In this document: piece by piece, positions 49,387 through 62,529 of the stretch
How the letters are laid out: each line of letters starts with the position of its first letter
Position numbering within the stretch: the stretch's first letter is position 1
Source: Mobula hypostoma
Taxonomy: Eukaryota
Direction: 5' to 3'
Assembly (NCBI RefSeq): GCF_963921235.1
Contig: NC_086098.1
Coordinates: 3,658,001-3,722,000, forward strand
Length of the DNA stretch: 64,000 bases
Made by a program: the position numbers and the translations under genes
Notes under the pieces: generated by a model
Database searches by the model: none
What the model saw: only the letters and a program-made list of their open reading frames with translations
Told to the model about the DNA's origin: nothing

Positions 49387-50117
49387 CTTGGGAGTCCTCA
49401 TACAGGATACCCTTAAGGTTAACCTCCAAGTTGAGTCAGTGGTGAAGAAGGCGAATGCAATGTTGGCATTCATTTCTAGAGGAATACAGTATAGGAGCAG
49501 GGATGTGATGTTGAGGCTCTCTAAGGCACTGGTAAGACCTCACTTGGAGTACTGTGTGCAGTTTTCAGCTCCTTATTCAAGAAAGGATGTGCTGATGGTG
49601 GAGAGGGTTCAGAGAAGATTCACTAGAATGATTCCGGGAATGAGAGGGTTAACATATGAGGAACGTTTGACCACTCTTGGACTGTACTCCCTGGAGTTTA
49701 GAAGAATGAGGGAGGACCTTATAGAAACATTTCGAATGTTGAAAGGCATGGATAGAGTGGATGTGGCAAAGTTGTTTCCCATGTTGGGGGAGTCTAGTAC
49801 GAGAGGGCATGACTTAAGGATTGAAGGGCGCCCATTCAGAACGGAGATGCGAAGAAATTTTTTTAGTCGGAGGGTGGGGAATCTATGGAATTTGTTGCCA
49901 CGGGCAGCAGTGCAGGCCAAGTCATTGGGTGTATTTAAGACAGAGATTGATAGGTATCTAAGTAGCCAGGGCATCAAAGGTTATGGTGAGAAGGTGGGGG
50001 AGTGGGACTAAATGGGAGAATGGATCAGCTCATGATAAAATGGCAGAGCAGACTCGATGGGCCGAATGGCCAACTTCTGCTCCTTTGTCTTATGGTCTTA
50101 ATATTATTATTACTTTC

Positions 50118-50305
50118 TGAATAAACTCTTCTTGTGCTTCCAGCCAGGTACAAGTATCGATTATAACTGACATTTCGATGACAGACTCAGGGATAAAGAT
50201 GACGGAGTTTGTCATTGAAACGACAGTTATAATCGATACCTGTACCTAGCTGGAAGCCCAGGAAGAGTTTATTCATCATATCCGCTGGGATAGCACGAGA
50301 TACTT
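50118..50305. mobile_element. Fold-back PLE-like end fragment (71-bp inverted arms)
   Basis: 50118-50188 is the inverse of 50205-50275; GAAACG(T/A)C hammerhead-like remnant. Confidence 0.55.
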
Positions 50306-50727
50306 TTTCATTATTATTTTTCCTTTTGTATTCCCACTGTTTGTTGTCATTTGCAGATTGGTTGTTTGTTTGTCTTGGTGGGTGCAGTTTTTAATTGATT
50401 CTATGGTGTTTCTTTGTATTTAGTGTGAATGCCTGCAAGAAAATGAATCTCAGGGTAGTATTATGGTGATGTATATGTACTGTATTTTGATAATAAATTT
50501 ACTTTGAAATTTAAACTTTGAAGTCCAGGCACCATCCTTGTAAACTTTCTTTACACTCTTTCAATCTTATTGATGTCTTTCCTGTTGGTAATTGACCAAG
50601 AATGTACACAAAAAATATTCAAAATTAGGTCTCACCAACATCTTATACAACTTCATGTTCTATATTATGTGAACACTTGATTCAGAACTTAGATGACTTC
50701 TTTTTTTAAGGCATTAAGATCTCTTTT

Positions 50728-51150
50728 CAAAGTTTGAAGTAAATTTTATTTTCGAAGTACATATATGTCATCATACAAAACCCTGAGATTCATTTTCCTG
50801 CTGGCATATCAGCAAATCTGTAGAATAGTTACTGTAACAGGATCAATGAAAGATCAAGCAGAGTGCAGAAGACAAGAAATAGTGCAAATGCAAATATAAA
50901 TAAATAGAGATAAATCACGAGAGCACGAGATAACCAGATAAAGAGTCCTTAAAGTGAGATCATTAGTTGTGAGAACATTTCAACGGATGGGCAAGTGAGT
51001 GCAGTTCACCCCTCTGTTCAGGAGCCTGATGGCTGAGGGGTAGTAACTGTTCTTGAACCTGGTGATGAAAGTCTTGAGGCTCTTGTACCTTCTACCTGAT
51101 GGCAGCACCGAGAGAAGAGCATGGCCTGGTTGGTGATGATCTCTGATAAT
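50728..51150 (-). mobile_element. Rex1-like 3' end
   Basis: Reverse complement of LFSVLPSGRRYKS..FKNSYYP and the shared 3' UTR. Confidence 0.75.
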
Positions 51151-52007
51151 AGACTTAAATCCCTGAAATCACAAGTTTATTGAACATGCAAAGGGTCTGC
51201 TGTAACATTGTGTTACCAATTGTTTACACCGTTGAGTGGAAAGGGGTGGAGAAAGTGTCAGATTTTGATACATCAGAGCTCACAGACAGATGAGAGAAAT
51301 GGGTGCATGAACATCATTACAGTTGCTAATGTAATCAAGTTAAACCAATTCAGTCCTGCTGTGACTGCTGGGACAACTTAGATGATGAAGCAATCCTCTT
51401 CCAATCTGCCTCACCCTTGACCATATATGATTAGTTGACTTGCTGGGCATCATAGCCAAATTTTCAGACAGGATATCTCGGTGGACCCATTGCCCAGGGA
51501 AAGGAAGACCACTGCTTCATAAGTGACGACAGAGAAGGTTAATGAACAAATTGTCATTGATGTAGTTCTTCTTTATTCTCAGAGCTGGTCCAACACAGTC
51601 AATTCACCCTCCTGGCACTGAAAGGCTGGTCTTGCACACTATGCATACAGACCAACTTGATACGCAATGCATTGAGGTACACACGGTAAAACATTAAGAG
51701 GTGTAAAATGAAGTACAATAGTGACAGTGGAAGCCGATGACCATTTTCCTTACGGTGGATGACAGGGAAACTCCCCTGCCGTAACTATATCTGTGGAATC
51801 TATCTTCTTTCTTGAAGACGATCACCATTACAAAATCTTCTGCAATGAGTATCATCCACAGATGGAGACAATGAGATTGGAATTGGCATCGGAATTAAGT
51901 TATTCAAAGGTTTCAAAATTAGAACCCCAAGATCCCCCCCCCAACTCCCCTCCCTCCCGCATTATTGTCACATGTACCAAGATACATTGAAAAGCTTGTC
52001 TTACATA

Positions 52008-52335
52008 AAGTTCAAAGTACAAAGTGAATTTTATTATCAAAGTACATATATGTCACAATATACAATCCTGAGAATCATTTTCTTGAGGGCATACTCAATA
52101 AGTCTATAGAATAATAACGGTAAACAAATCAATGAAAGACACCCAACTAGGACACACATCCAGAGTGCAGCAGACAACAAACATTGCAAATACAAAGAGA
52201 AGAAGTAAAAATAATAATAAATATGCACTAGATATTGAGCATGTACGATAAAGAGTCATTGAAAGTGAGTCCACAGGTTGTGGGAACATTTCAGTGATGG
52301 AACGAGTGAAGTTGAGTGAAGTTATCCCCTTTGTT
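52008..52335 (-). mobile_element. Rex1-like 3' UTR
   Basis: Homologous to 50728-51010. Confidence 0.65.
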
Positions 52336-52719
52336 TCATAAAGATTGTGTTGCAGAATTATGACTTAAGCTCTGCATCACTGAGATTTAGGATTTCAGTG
52401 TGAAGATAGCATATTATAAATTGAAATGATTATAAATATAAATACAGTATATCATAAATATACACTCAGACTTTCAATCCAGAATCTTAACAGAATCACT
52501 TCGATTTAGCATGAAATTTGTTGCTATGTGGCAGGAGTACAATGCAATACATAAAAATGACCATGAATTAAAAGGATAGATGTATTTCAAACAGTGCAAG
52601 ACCAGAGCAATATAGTGAAGTTGTGCTGATGGGTTTATGGACCATTTAGAAATCTGATACAGGGGGAAGAAGCTATTCCTAAAATGATTTTACTCGAAAA
52701 GAAGAAAGAGCATGCTGAA

Positions 52720-53525
52720 AAGGTCATCCACTTTGGAAGGAAAAATGAAAGAGCAGATTATTATTTAAATGGTAAAAAATTACAGCATGCTGCTGCGCAG
52801 AGGGACTTGGGAGTGCTTGAGCATAAATCACAAAAGGTTGGTTTGCAGCTGCAGCAGGCTACCAAGAAGGCAAATAGGATGTTGACCTTCATTGCTAGAG
52901 GGATTGTATTCAAGAGCAGGGAGGTTATGCTGCAACTATACAGGGTACTGGTGAGGCTGCATCTGGAGTACTGCGTGCAGTTCTGGTCTCCTTACTTGAG
53001 GAAGGATAAACTAGATTTGGAGGCGGTGCAGAGGAGGTTCACTAGGTTGATTCCAGAGATGAGGAGGATTAGACTATGAGGAGAGATTGAGTCACCTGGG
53101 ACTCTACTCGCTGAAAATCAGAAGAATGAGGGGAGATTTTATAGAAACATATAAAATTATGAAAGGGATAAATAAGATAGAAGCAGGAAACTTCTTTCCA
53201 CCAGTAGGTGAAACTAGAACTAGGGGACATAGCCTCAAGATTCAGGGAATAGATTTAGGATGGAGATGAAGAGGAACTGCTTTTCCCAGCAAGTGGTGAA
53301 TCTGTGGAATTCTCTGCCCAATGAAGCAGTGGAGGCTACCTCAGTAAATATATTTAAGACAAGATTGGATAGATTTTTGCACAGTAGGGGAATTAAGGGT
53401 TACGGGGAAAAGGCAGGTAGGTGGAGATGAGTCCATGGCCAGATCAGCCATGATCTTATTGAATGGCCAAGCAGGATCAATGGGCCAGATGGCCTACTCC
53501 TGCTCCTATTTCTTACGTTATGTTA
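52720..53525 (+). mobile_element. CR1 3' fragment
   Basis: [23 protein letters not shown]; same subfamily as 5559-6180. Confidence 0.9.
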
Positions 53526-53556
53526 AGGTTTCACTGCACTTATGATGAGCAACTCT

Positions 53557-53636
53557 CAGGGTTTCCCAACCTCAGATCCACGGACCACTTGTTTAATGGT
53601 ATTGGCCCATAGTATCGAAAAGATTGGAAGCCCCTG
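53557..53636. mobile_element. Possible hAT-type MITE remnant
   Basis: Imperfect TIRs CAGGGTTTCCCAACCT / AGATTGGAAGCCCCTG; no clear TSD. Confidence 0.4.
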
Positions 53637-54371
53637 GACTCAATAGACTTCAGAGCATAAAAGGTCGACAGATTTTTGATTGGTCAGGCATGAAGGGCTG
53701 AAGGGAAACAGGGAAAAGGCAGGAGATTGGGGCAGAGAGGAAAATTGGATCAACCATGATGAAATGGCGGAGTAGACTCAATGGGCCAAATGGCCCAATT
53801 CTACTCCTATATTTTATGGTCTAAGGTGTTTATGTTTATTTCAGGAGATTAGCATGTCAGGCAAATATCTGAACAATGTGAAGTTGCTGAACCATTTGAC
53901 AATGTTCCTCTAGCACTGTGCTGTGCTTTACAAGTGCAATTATTCCCACAGATGCTACCTGAATATGGTTCCAACATTTGCTTTCTATTTCAGCCTTCCA
54001 GCATCTGCAGTCCTTTGGATTTTTTTGTCATTGAAGCATATTCTACTGTTTTTATTTGCAACACCTTTCAGTAAATTAGGTTCAGCAGTCAACCAAACTG
54101 TTTTGATTTAATAATGTGATCTGCCACAGGGATTCGCATTTGAGAACTGTAAAATAGTTTGGGGAATGTTCTGCCAGAGATGCACTTGTGAAGCCAACAG
54201 AAAGATTCTGTTCTCAGCTCGGTTTTAAGTCTGTCTGCTTGCTCTCTGTGATCATTATGGCTTCGCCGCTTGCTGAGGGAATGTATAGTTTTTTTATCTT
54301 TAACTGTATTTTTGAATTGTATCATTAGATTTTACAGTGCACAATCATCCACAGGCTGTCACAGGATTCTA

Positions 54372-55650
54372 CACAATCAAGAAAGCTCAACACCTCTACT
54401 TTCTGAGGAGGCTGAAGAGGACTACATGCAACTGTATTCACATCATTCTACAGATGCGCGGTAGAGTATCTGAACATGCTGCATCACCGTCTGGTGTGGA
54501 AACTGCACTGAGATGGACTGAAAGGCTCTTACAACAAGTAGTCAAGACTGCCCAATGTTTCAGTGGAACCAGCCTACCCACCACCAAGGACATATATATG
54601 TACTTTATTGTCGCCAAACAATTGATACTAGAGTGTACAATCATCACAGCAATATTACACCCTGTGAGAGGGTTCACTGCCAATGTAATGGCCTTTCGGT
54701 AGAAGCAGTGTTTGGGTAATGGTTGGAGATAACAGGAGCTTTGGAATGTGAGCCGTCCAATGAAGGGAGGGTGTTTTCGTGTTGTGTGAGCTGGGTCTTT
54801 CGTTTGGCAGGAGACAAAGGGAGAAGATGCCGGGAAGAAGAGGTCGTAGGACTCAACCCGGAGCAGGACCATGATCCGACAAAGGATATCAAAGGAGGAT
54901 TTTGAAGGGGAAACCGTGAGCTCCAACTTGAGCGCATTAGACTGTTTCATTAAAATGGGCCCTTTTTTTTTTCTTTACTAAACCTATAGTCAAATTAAAA
55001 ATTATGAAGCTAAACTGTTTAGCTGTATGCTGTGTACTGTCTGTAATTTCGTGGTACTCATTTGTAACAGGGTAACGAATCACGCAGCATCCACACAACC
55101 AGGGGGTTGGGGTGGGCTTGCACCTCAATGTCAGACGTTTGACAGGGCCAGAGATTGTCTTCCCCAGACTTGCGCAGCCGATAGAACCAGAGCGTTTCAT
55201 ATACAGAAAGGTGTTGAAAAAAAGAACCAGTAACATCGTGAAGGATCCCATCCACCCCGCTCTTGGACTGTTTGTCCCACTTCCCATCAGGAAGGAGGCT
55301 ACGTAGCATCCACACCAGGAATACCAGACTCAAAAAAAAGTTAATTCCTCAGCAGTAAGGCTGATCAACACCTCCACCCACTAATCCACCCCTCCACACC
55401 CCCAACCACCACTACTTTATCATTTCCTGTCAGTCACCTTATGTACAGACACTCCAGTGCCCAGCATCATTCTATGGACAAACTAGCTATGTATACAAGT
55501 TATTTTATGTATTTATATTTATTGTGTTTTTAATTGTGTTCTTTATCTTATTGTGTTTATTTGTGCAGCATCAGATCTGGAGTAACAATTATTTTGTTCT
55601 CCTTTACACTTGTGTACTGGAAATGACGTTAAACAATCCTGAATCTTGAA
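54372..55650 (+). mobile_element. Second Rex1-like family 3' fragment, interrupted at about 54597-55199
   Basis: IKKAQHLYFLRRLKR, LQQVVKTAQ..GTSLP, IVKDPIHPALGLFVPLP. Confidence 0.75.
54663..55199 (+). mobile_element. Probable solo LTR
   Basis: TGTGA..TTTCA ends, about 540 bp, non-coding, interrupts the Rex1 copy; no TSD seen. Confidence 0.45.
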
Positions 55651-56034
55651 GTGTTTTATGAGCAACTGAAAAATATCTAGCTATTTTTGTTGTGTAGACA
55701 AAGTGCCAATCACATTAAACACAGCTGGGTCTGACAAACTGCAAATCAACTGAAAGACCTTCTATCTTATTTTGATTATGTTCGTAGATAGAATTTCAGA
55801 ACTCCACATTTTTCAGTTTAATTTATCCGAGGGATGTAGACGTTGCTGCCAATGTCAGCATTTACTGTACATCCCCAAATGACCCAGGACTGAAGAAGCA
55901 GTTAATTGCATGGTTGGATCTGGAGTCATATTTACAAGAGATTTTCTTCACTGGGGAATAATCGTGAAGAAGATTGGATTTAACGTCAATCATGTAGTTT
56001 CTTAGTTACCACCAGAAATTATTTATTTTTTTAT

Positions 56035-56225
56035 TTATTTATTTAGAGATACAGCAAGGCCGCTTGCTGCCCAATGAGCCACACCACCCAGCAATCCACC
56101 TATTTACCCCTCACCTGATCACAGGACAACTTACAATAACCAATTAATCTATTAACGAGTACATCTTTGGAATTTGGGAGGAAACCAGAGCACTCAGAGG
56201 AAATTCACGGATACCGTGGGGAGAA
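56035..56225 (-). mobile_element. V-SINE copy
   Basis: GGGAGGAAACCAGAGCAC core; homologous to 20178-20360. Confidence 0.65.
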
Positions 56226-56509
56226 TAAAAGGACAAGGAACAAAACACAGAAAAAACGACAGTGAAAAGTGTAGCAGAGACAAATGGAATTCCTGTGGAA
56301 TTGAGCAAATCCTGTCGAGAATTGGGAGTGAGGTAGATAATAACCAGTGATGCTTCAAATCTGAAATAATATCCCTGTTTCAATGAGAAATACGTGGTCG
56401 CCGCCTCACTAATTGCAAGACTCTTGCAAAGGAGCAGAATACTAATCACAGGACAATTTACAACAACCAATTAACCTCCTAGCCCATGCATCTTTGGTCT
56501 GTAGGAGGA

Positions 56510-59005
56510 AACTGTCAAGATAATTATGGGGGATTTTAATATGAAAGTGGATTGGGAAAGTCAGGAAGGTACTGGATCTCAGGAGAGGGAGTTTGTAGAA
56601 TGCCTACAGGATGGCTTTTTGGAGCAGCTTGTCGAGAAGCCCACCAGGGGACCGGCTGTTTTGGATTGGGTGCTGCGTGACGAACCTGAGGCGATTAGGG
56701 AGCTGGAGGTAATGGAACCCCTTGGAAGTAGTGATTATAATATGATTGAGTTCAGTTTCAAATTTGAAGAGGAGAAGCTGGTATCAGGTGTATCGATATT
56801 TCAGTGGAACAGGGGAAATTACAGTGGTATGAGAGAAGAACTGGCACAAGTCAATTGGAAAAGTATGCTAGATGGAGGGACGGTACAGCAGAATTGGATG
56901 AAATTCCGACAAGAAATAAGGAAAGTTTAGGAAAAATATATTCCAAGAAAAAAGAAAATCATGAATGGAAAGATGGCACAAATGTGGCTAACGAGGGAGG
57001 TTAAGGCTAAAATAAAAGAAAAAGAGACAGCGTACAAGGAAGCAAAAATTAGTGGGAAAGCTGAGGACTGAACGACTTTTAAAAACTTACAGAAGGAAAC
57101 TAAGAAAGTCATTAGGAAGGAGAAGATGAATTATGAAAGGAAGTTGGCAATAAACATAAAAAGGATACTAAGAGTTTTTTTTAATATAAAGAGTAACATG
57201 GGTAACACGAGTGACACGGGTAGATATAGGACTGATTGAAAATGATGCTGGAGAAATTATAATGGGTAACAAAGAAATGGCAGAGGAACTAAATGAGTAT
57301 TTTGCATCAGTCTTCACAGTGGAAGACATTAGCAACATGCCTGATAACCAGAGGTCTCAGGGAATAGAATTAGGTACAGTCAAGATTACTAGAGAGAAAG
57401 TGCTTGGGAAGCTAAATGGACTAAGAATAGATAAGTCTCCCGGACCAGATGAGGTGCACCCACGGGTTCTGAAGGAGGAGGCTTTGGAGATTGTGGAGGC
57501 ATTGGAAATGATCTTCCAGGAATTAATAGACTCTGGCATGGTTCCGGAGGACTGGAAGGTTGCAAATGTAGTTCTGCTTTTTAAGAAAGAAGGGAGGCAG
57601 CAAAAAGAAAATTACAGACCGATTAGTCTGACATCGGTAGTTGGAAAGTTATTGGAATTGATCCTCAAGGACGAGGTAATGAAATACCTCGAGGTGCATG
57701 ACAAGATAGGCCCAAGCCAACCAGCATGGTTTCATGAAGGGAAGATCCTACCTCACCATCCTATTGGAGTTTTTTTTGAGGTAATCTCAAATAAGATTGA
57801 CAGGGAAGAGGCTGTGGATGTTGTGTATTTGGATTTTCAAAAGGCCTTCGATAAGATACCACATAAGAGACTGCTTAATAAGATGAGAGCCCATGCAATT
57901 ACAGGAAAGATATTGGAATGGGGGAGCATTGGTTGATAGGCAGAAAGCAAAGGGTGGGAATAAAGGGATCCTATTCTGATTGGTTGCCAGTTACTAGTGG
58001 TGTTCCGCAGGGGTCAGCGTTGGAGCTGCTTCTTTTCACAATGTATATCGATGATTTAGATTATGGATTAAATGGTTTTGTGGCTAAGTTTGCGGCTAAC
58101 ACCAAGATAGGTGGAGGAGCAGGAAGTGTTGAAGAAACGGAAAGGTTGCAGAGGGACTTGGTCAGTTTAGGAGAGTGGGCAAAGAAATGGCAGATGAGAT
58201 ACAATGTTTATTTTGGAAGAAGAAATAATCGGGCAGATTATTATTTAGACGGGGAGAAAATTCAAAAATTGCAAGTGCAAAGGGACATGGGGGACCTCGT
58301 GCAGGATACCCTAAAGGTTAACCACCAGGTTGGATTGGCGGTAAGGAAAGCAAATGCTATGTTGGCATTCATTTCAAGAGGAATAGTGTATAAGAGTAAG
58401 GAGGTGTTGATGAGACTCTATGGGGGCACTGGTGAGACATCATTTGGAATTCTGTGCGCAGTTTTAGACCCCCTATCTTAGAAGGGATGTGCTGATGTTG
58501 AAGAGAGTTCAGAGAAGATTTACGAGGATGATTCTTGGAATGCAGGGGCTAACATATGAGGAGCGTTTGTCAGCTCTTGGACTGTATTCATTAGAGTATA
58601 GAAGAATGAGAGGGGATCTCATAGAAACATTTCAAATGTTGAAAGGGTTGGACAGAGTAGATGTGGAAAGGCTGTTTCCCTTGGTGGGTGAGTCCAGGAC
58701 AAGAGGCCGCAGTCTTAGAATTAGAGGGTACCCATTTAAAACAGAGATGAGGAGAAATTTTTTTAGCCAGAGGGTCGTGGATTTGTGGAATTCGTTGGCA
58801 CATACAGCTGTGGAGGCCTGATTATTGAGGGTGTTTAAGCAGGAGATTGATAGGTATCTAATTAGTCAGGGTATCAAGGGATATGGGGGAAAAGCAGGAA
58901 ATTGGAACTAGATGGGAAAATTGTTTAGCTCTTGGTGGAGTGGTGGAGCAGACTCAATGGGCCAAATGGCCTACTTCTGCTCCTGTGTCTTGTGATTATG
59001 ATCTT
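56510..59005 (+). mobile_element. CR1 ORF2 (end of APE, RT, 3' end), frameshifted
   Basis: MGDFN, PTRGPAVLD, GSSDYN, KSPGPDEVHPRVLKE, NYRPISLTS, LDFQKAFDK. Confidence 0.95.
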
Positions 59006-59082
59006 GTGAACTGGAGCACCCAGAGGAAACACTTGCAGTCATGGGGAGGACGTACAGAGACTCTCACAGACCACATTGGAAA

Positions 59083-61030
59083 TTAGAACCACAGAACATT
59101 ACAGCACAGAAACAGGCCTTTTGGCCCTTCTTGGCTGTGCCAAACCATTTTTCTGCCTAGTCTCACTGACCTGCACCTGGACCATATCCCTCCATACACC
59201 TCCCATCCATGTATCTGTCCAATTTATTCTTAAATGTTAAAAGTGAGCCCACATTTACCACCTCGTCTGGCAGCTCATTCCATACTCCCACCACTCTCTG
59301 TGTGAAGTAGACACCCCTAATGTTCCCTTTAAACTTTTCCCCCCCCTCACCCTTAACCCATGTCCTTTGTTTTATTTCCTCCACTAGCCTCCGTGGAAAA
59401 AGCCTGCTTGCATTCACTCTATCTATACCCATTATAATTTTATATACCTCTATCAAATCTCCCCTCATTCTTCTACGCTCCAGGGAATAAAGTCCTAACC
59501 TATTCAACTTTTCTCTGTAACTGAGTTTCTCAAGTCCCGGCAACATCCTTGTAAACCTTCTCTGCACTCTTTCAACCTTATTTATATCCTTCCTGTAATT
59601 TGGTGACCGAAACTGAACACAATACTCCAGATTCGGTCTCACCAATGCCTTATACAACCTCATCATAACATTCCAGCTCTTATACTCAATACTTTGATTA
59701 ATAAAGGCCAATGTACCAAAAGCTCTCTTTACGACCCTATCTACCTGTGACGCTACTTTTAGGGAATTTTGTATCTGTATTCCCAGATCCCTCTGTTCCA
59801 CTGCACTCCTCAGTGCCTTACCATTAACCGTGTATGTCCTACCTTGGTTTGTCCTTCCAACGTGCAATACCTCATACTTGTCTGTATTAAACTCCATCTG
59901 CCATTTTTCAGCCCATTTTTCCCAGCTGGTCAAAGTCCCTCTGCAGGCTTTGAAAACCTTCCTCACTGTCCACTACACCTCCAATCTTTGTATCATCAGC
60001 AAACTTGGTGATCCAATTTACCACATTATCATCTATCTGACAAATAACAATGGACGCAGCACTGATCCCTGTGGCACACCACTAGTCACAGGCCTCCACT
60101 CAGAGAAGCAATCCTCCACTACCACTCTCTGGCCTCTTCCATTGAGCCAATGTCTAATCCAATTTACTACCTCTCCATGTATACCTAGCGACTGAAACTT
60201 CCTAACTAACCTCCCATGCGGGACCTTGTCAAAGGCCTTGCTGAAGTCCATGTAGACAATATCCACTGCCTTCCCTTCATCCACTTTCCTGGTTACCTCC
60301 TCGAAAAACTCTAATAGATGGTCAAACATGACCTACCATGCACAAAGCCATGTTGACTCTCCCTAATAAGCCCGTCTATCCAAATACTTGTAGATCCTAT
60401 CTCTCAGTACTCCTTCCAATAATTTACCTACTACTGACGTCAAACTTACCAGCCTATAATTTCCCGGATTACTTTTAGAGCCTTTTTAAAATAACAGAAC
60501 GACATGAGCTATCCTCCAATCCTCCAGCACCTCACCTGCAGGTACCGACATTTTAAATATTTCTGCCAGGGCCCCTGCAATTTCATCACTAGTCTCCTTC
60601 AAGGTCCGAGGGAATACCCTGTCAGGTCCTGGGGATTTATCTACTCTGATTTGCCTCAAGATAGCAAGCACCTCCTCCTCCTCCTCAATCTGTATAGGTT
60701 CCATGACCTCACCACTTGTTTGCCTTATTTCCATTGACTCCATGCTAATTTCCTTAGTAAATACAGATTCAAAAAACCCACTTAAGATCTCCCCCATTTC
60801 TTTTGGTTCCATACATAGCCGACCACTCTGATCTTCAAGAGGACCAATTTTGTCCCTTACTATCCTTTTGCTCTTAATATACCTGTAGAAGCTCTTTGGA
60901 TTATCCTTCACCTTGACTGCCAAAGCAAACTCATGTCTTCTTTTAGCCCTCCTGATTTCCTTCTTAAGTATTTTCTTGCACTTTTTATACTCCTCAAGCA
61001 CCTTATTTGCTCCGTTTCCTATACATGTCA
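59083..61030 (-). mobile_element. CR1 ORF2 RT/3' fragment
   Basis: [43 protein letters not shown]. Confidence 0.95.
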
Positions 61031-61034
61031 TACA

Positions 61035-61287
61035 TTATTTTAGCCAGAGGGTGGTGAATCTGTGGAATTTGTTGCCATGGGCAGCAGTGGAGGCCAAGTC
61101 ATTGGGTGTATTTAAGGCAGAGATTGATAGGTATCTGAGTAGCCAGGGCATCAAAGGTTATGGTGAGAACACGGGGGAGTGGGACTAAATGGGAGAATGG
61201 ATTAATTCATGATAAAATAGCGGAGCAGACTCGATGGGCCAATTGGCCGACTTCAGCTCCTTTGTCTTGTCTTATGTCTTATGGTTA
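61035..61287 (+). mobile_element. CR1 3' end
   Basis: Very similar to 49860-50100. Confidence 0.85.
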
Positions 61288-61424
61288 TTATACCCTGAAC
61301 TCTGAAGCCCCAAACTGTAATAACATCCTGATAACTGTTATGCTACTGCGGCACCCTTTTTAAAAATTCTTAAGAATTTTACATTACTTGATAACTTGAA
61401 TCTCAAGTCCTAAGCTTTTAACGA

Positions 61425-61760
61425 ATGTACTGTGGAGGGCATCCTGGCTGCATCACTGTCTGATACGGAGGGACCAATGCACAGGATCGTAAAAAGCTAC
61501 AAAGAGTTGCAAATTCAGGCAACCCCATCATGGGCACCAGCCTCTTCACCATCGAGGACACCTTCAAAACAGTGTCTCAGGAAGGAGCATCCATTACCGA
61601 GGACCCTCACTATCCAGGACATACTCTCTTCTCATTACTACCATCAGAGAAGAGGTACAGGAGCAGGAAGACACACACCTAATGTTTTAGGTACAGCTTC
61701 TTCCCCTCCCTCTGCCATCACGTTTCTGAATGGTTCATGAACCCATGAACATTACCTCAC
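61425..61760 (+). mobile_element. Rex1-like 3' fragment
   Basis: GAGGTACAGGAGC / CATCCATT..AGGACCCTCAC homology to other Rex ends. Confidence 0.6.
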
Positions 61761-61784
61761 TTTTCTGCACTACATTTTTGTATA

Positions 61785-62327
61785 CATTCCGTGAACTCTT
61801 TATCGGCTATCTCCTGTACCTAATAAAGTGACACTGAGTGTATGTTCATGCTTTTCTGCTGTTGTCGCCCATCCACTTCAAGCTTCACTGTGCTGTGTAT
61901 TCAGAGAAGCTCTTCTGCACACCACAGTTATAATGTGTGGGTATTTGAGTTCCAGTCAGCTGGAAACGGTCTGGCAATTCTCTGACCTCTCTCATTAATA
62001 GGACATTTTCACAGAATTGCCGCTCATTGTATGTGTTTTGTGCCATTCTCTGTAAACTCTAGAGACAGTTGTGTGTGAAAATCCCAGGACGTCAGCGGTT
62101 TCTGAAATACTCAAACCACCCTGACTGGCACCAACAATCATTCCACGGTCAAAGTCACTTAGATCACATTTCTTTCCCAATCCGATGTTTGGTCTGAACA
62201 ACAACTGAACCTCTGGACCCTGTCTGCATGTTTTTATGCATTGAGTTGCTGCCACATGATTGGCTGATTAGATGTTCGTATTAATGAGCAGGTGTTCAGG
62301 AGTACCTAATAAAGTGGCCACTAAGTG
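61785..62327 (-). mobile_element. Tc1-like non-autonomous element
   Basis: ORF 61995..62255 GKKCDLSDFDRGMIVGA..SISETADVLGFSHTTVSRVYREW; TACCTAATAAAGTGGCCACT terminus. Confidence 0.8.
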
Positions 62328-62394
62328 TCTTTCTTATTGTAACTTTAGATTAGCTTTGTCACATGTACATCAAAACAAAGAGTGAAATACATCA

Positions 62395-62529
62395 GAATTG
62401 CTGGTGAATGCAGCAGGCCAGGCAGCATCTCTAGGAAGAGGTACAGTCGACGTTTCAGGCCGAGACCCTTCGTCAGGACTCCTGAATTTCCAGCTTCTGC
62501 AGAATTCCTGTTGTTTGCGTTTTTAAAAC
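62395..62529. mobile_element. Minimal PLE insertion with internal inversion
   Basis: AGTGAAATACATCA duplicated (62381-62394, 62530-62543); minus pLTR piece followed by plus pLTR tail. Confidence 0.75.
62445..62480 (-). ncRNA. Minimal hammerhead ribozyme (intact core)
   Basis: Minus strand AGUC-CUGACGA-AGGGUCUCGGCCU-GAAA-CG-UC-GACU. Confidence 0.72.

Larger units (their letters stand above)
48628..50100 (+). mobile_element. CR1 RT/3' fragment nested in the Rex1 3' UTR
   Basis: [28 protein letters not shown]; interrupted at 48957-49386. Confidence 0.93.
47139..50520 (+). mobile_element. Rex1/Babar-like LINE (47139-48627; 3' UTR resumes at about 50310-50520)
   Basis: LAGVFTKIFNLSL, CLKDFRPVALTS, ASILKDPHHPGHSLFSLLPS. 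Confidence 0.85.
46218..50655 (-). mobile_element. CR1 3' fragment (pieces 46218-46582, 47060-47138, 50521-50655) hosting nested insertions
   Basis: The pieces join collinearly when compared with the copy at 59083. Confidence 0.7.

Noticed and set aside
51300..51900. Unique-looking stretch as possible exon or ancient repeat
   Set aside because: No recognisable motif, splice pair or homolog in the window; cannot be called without a database search
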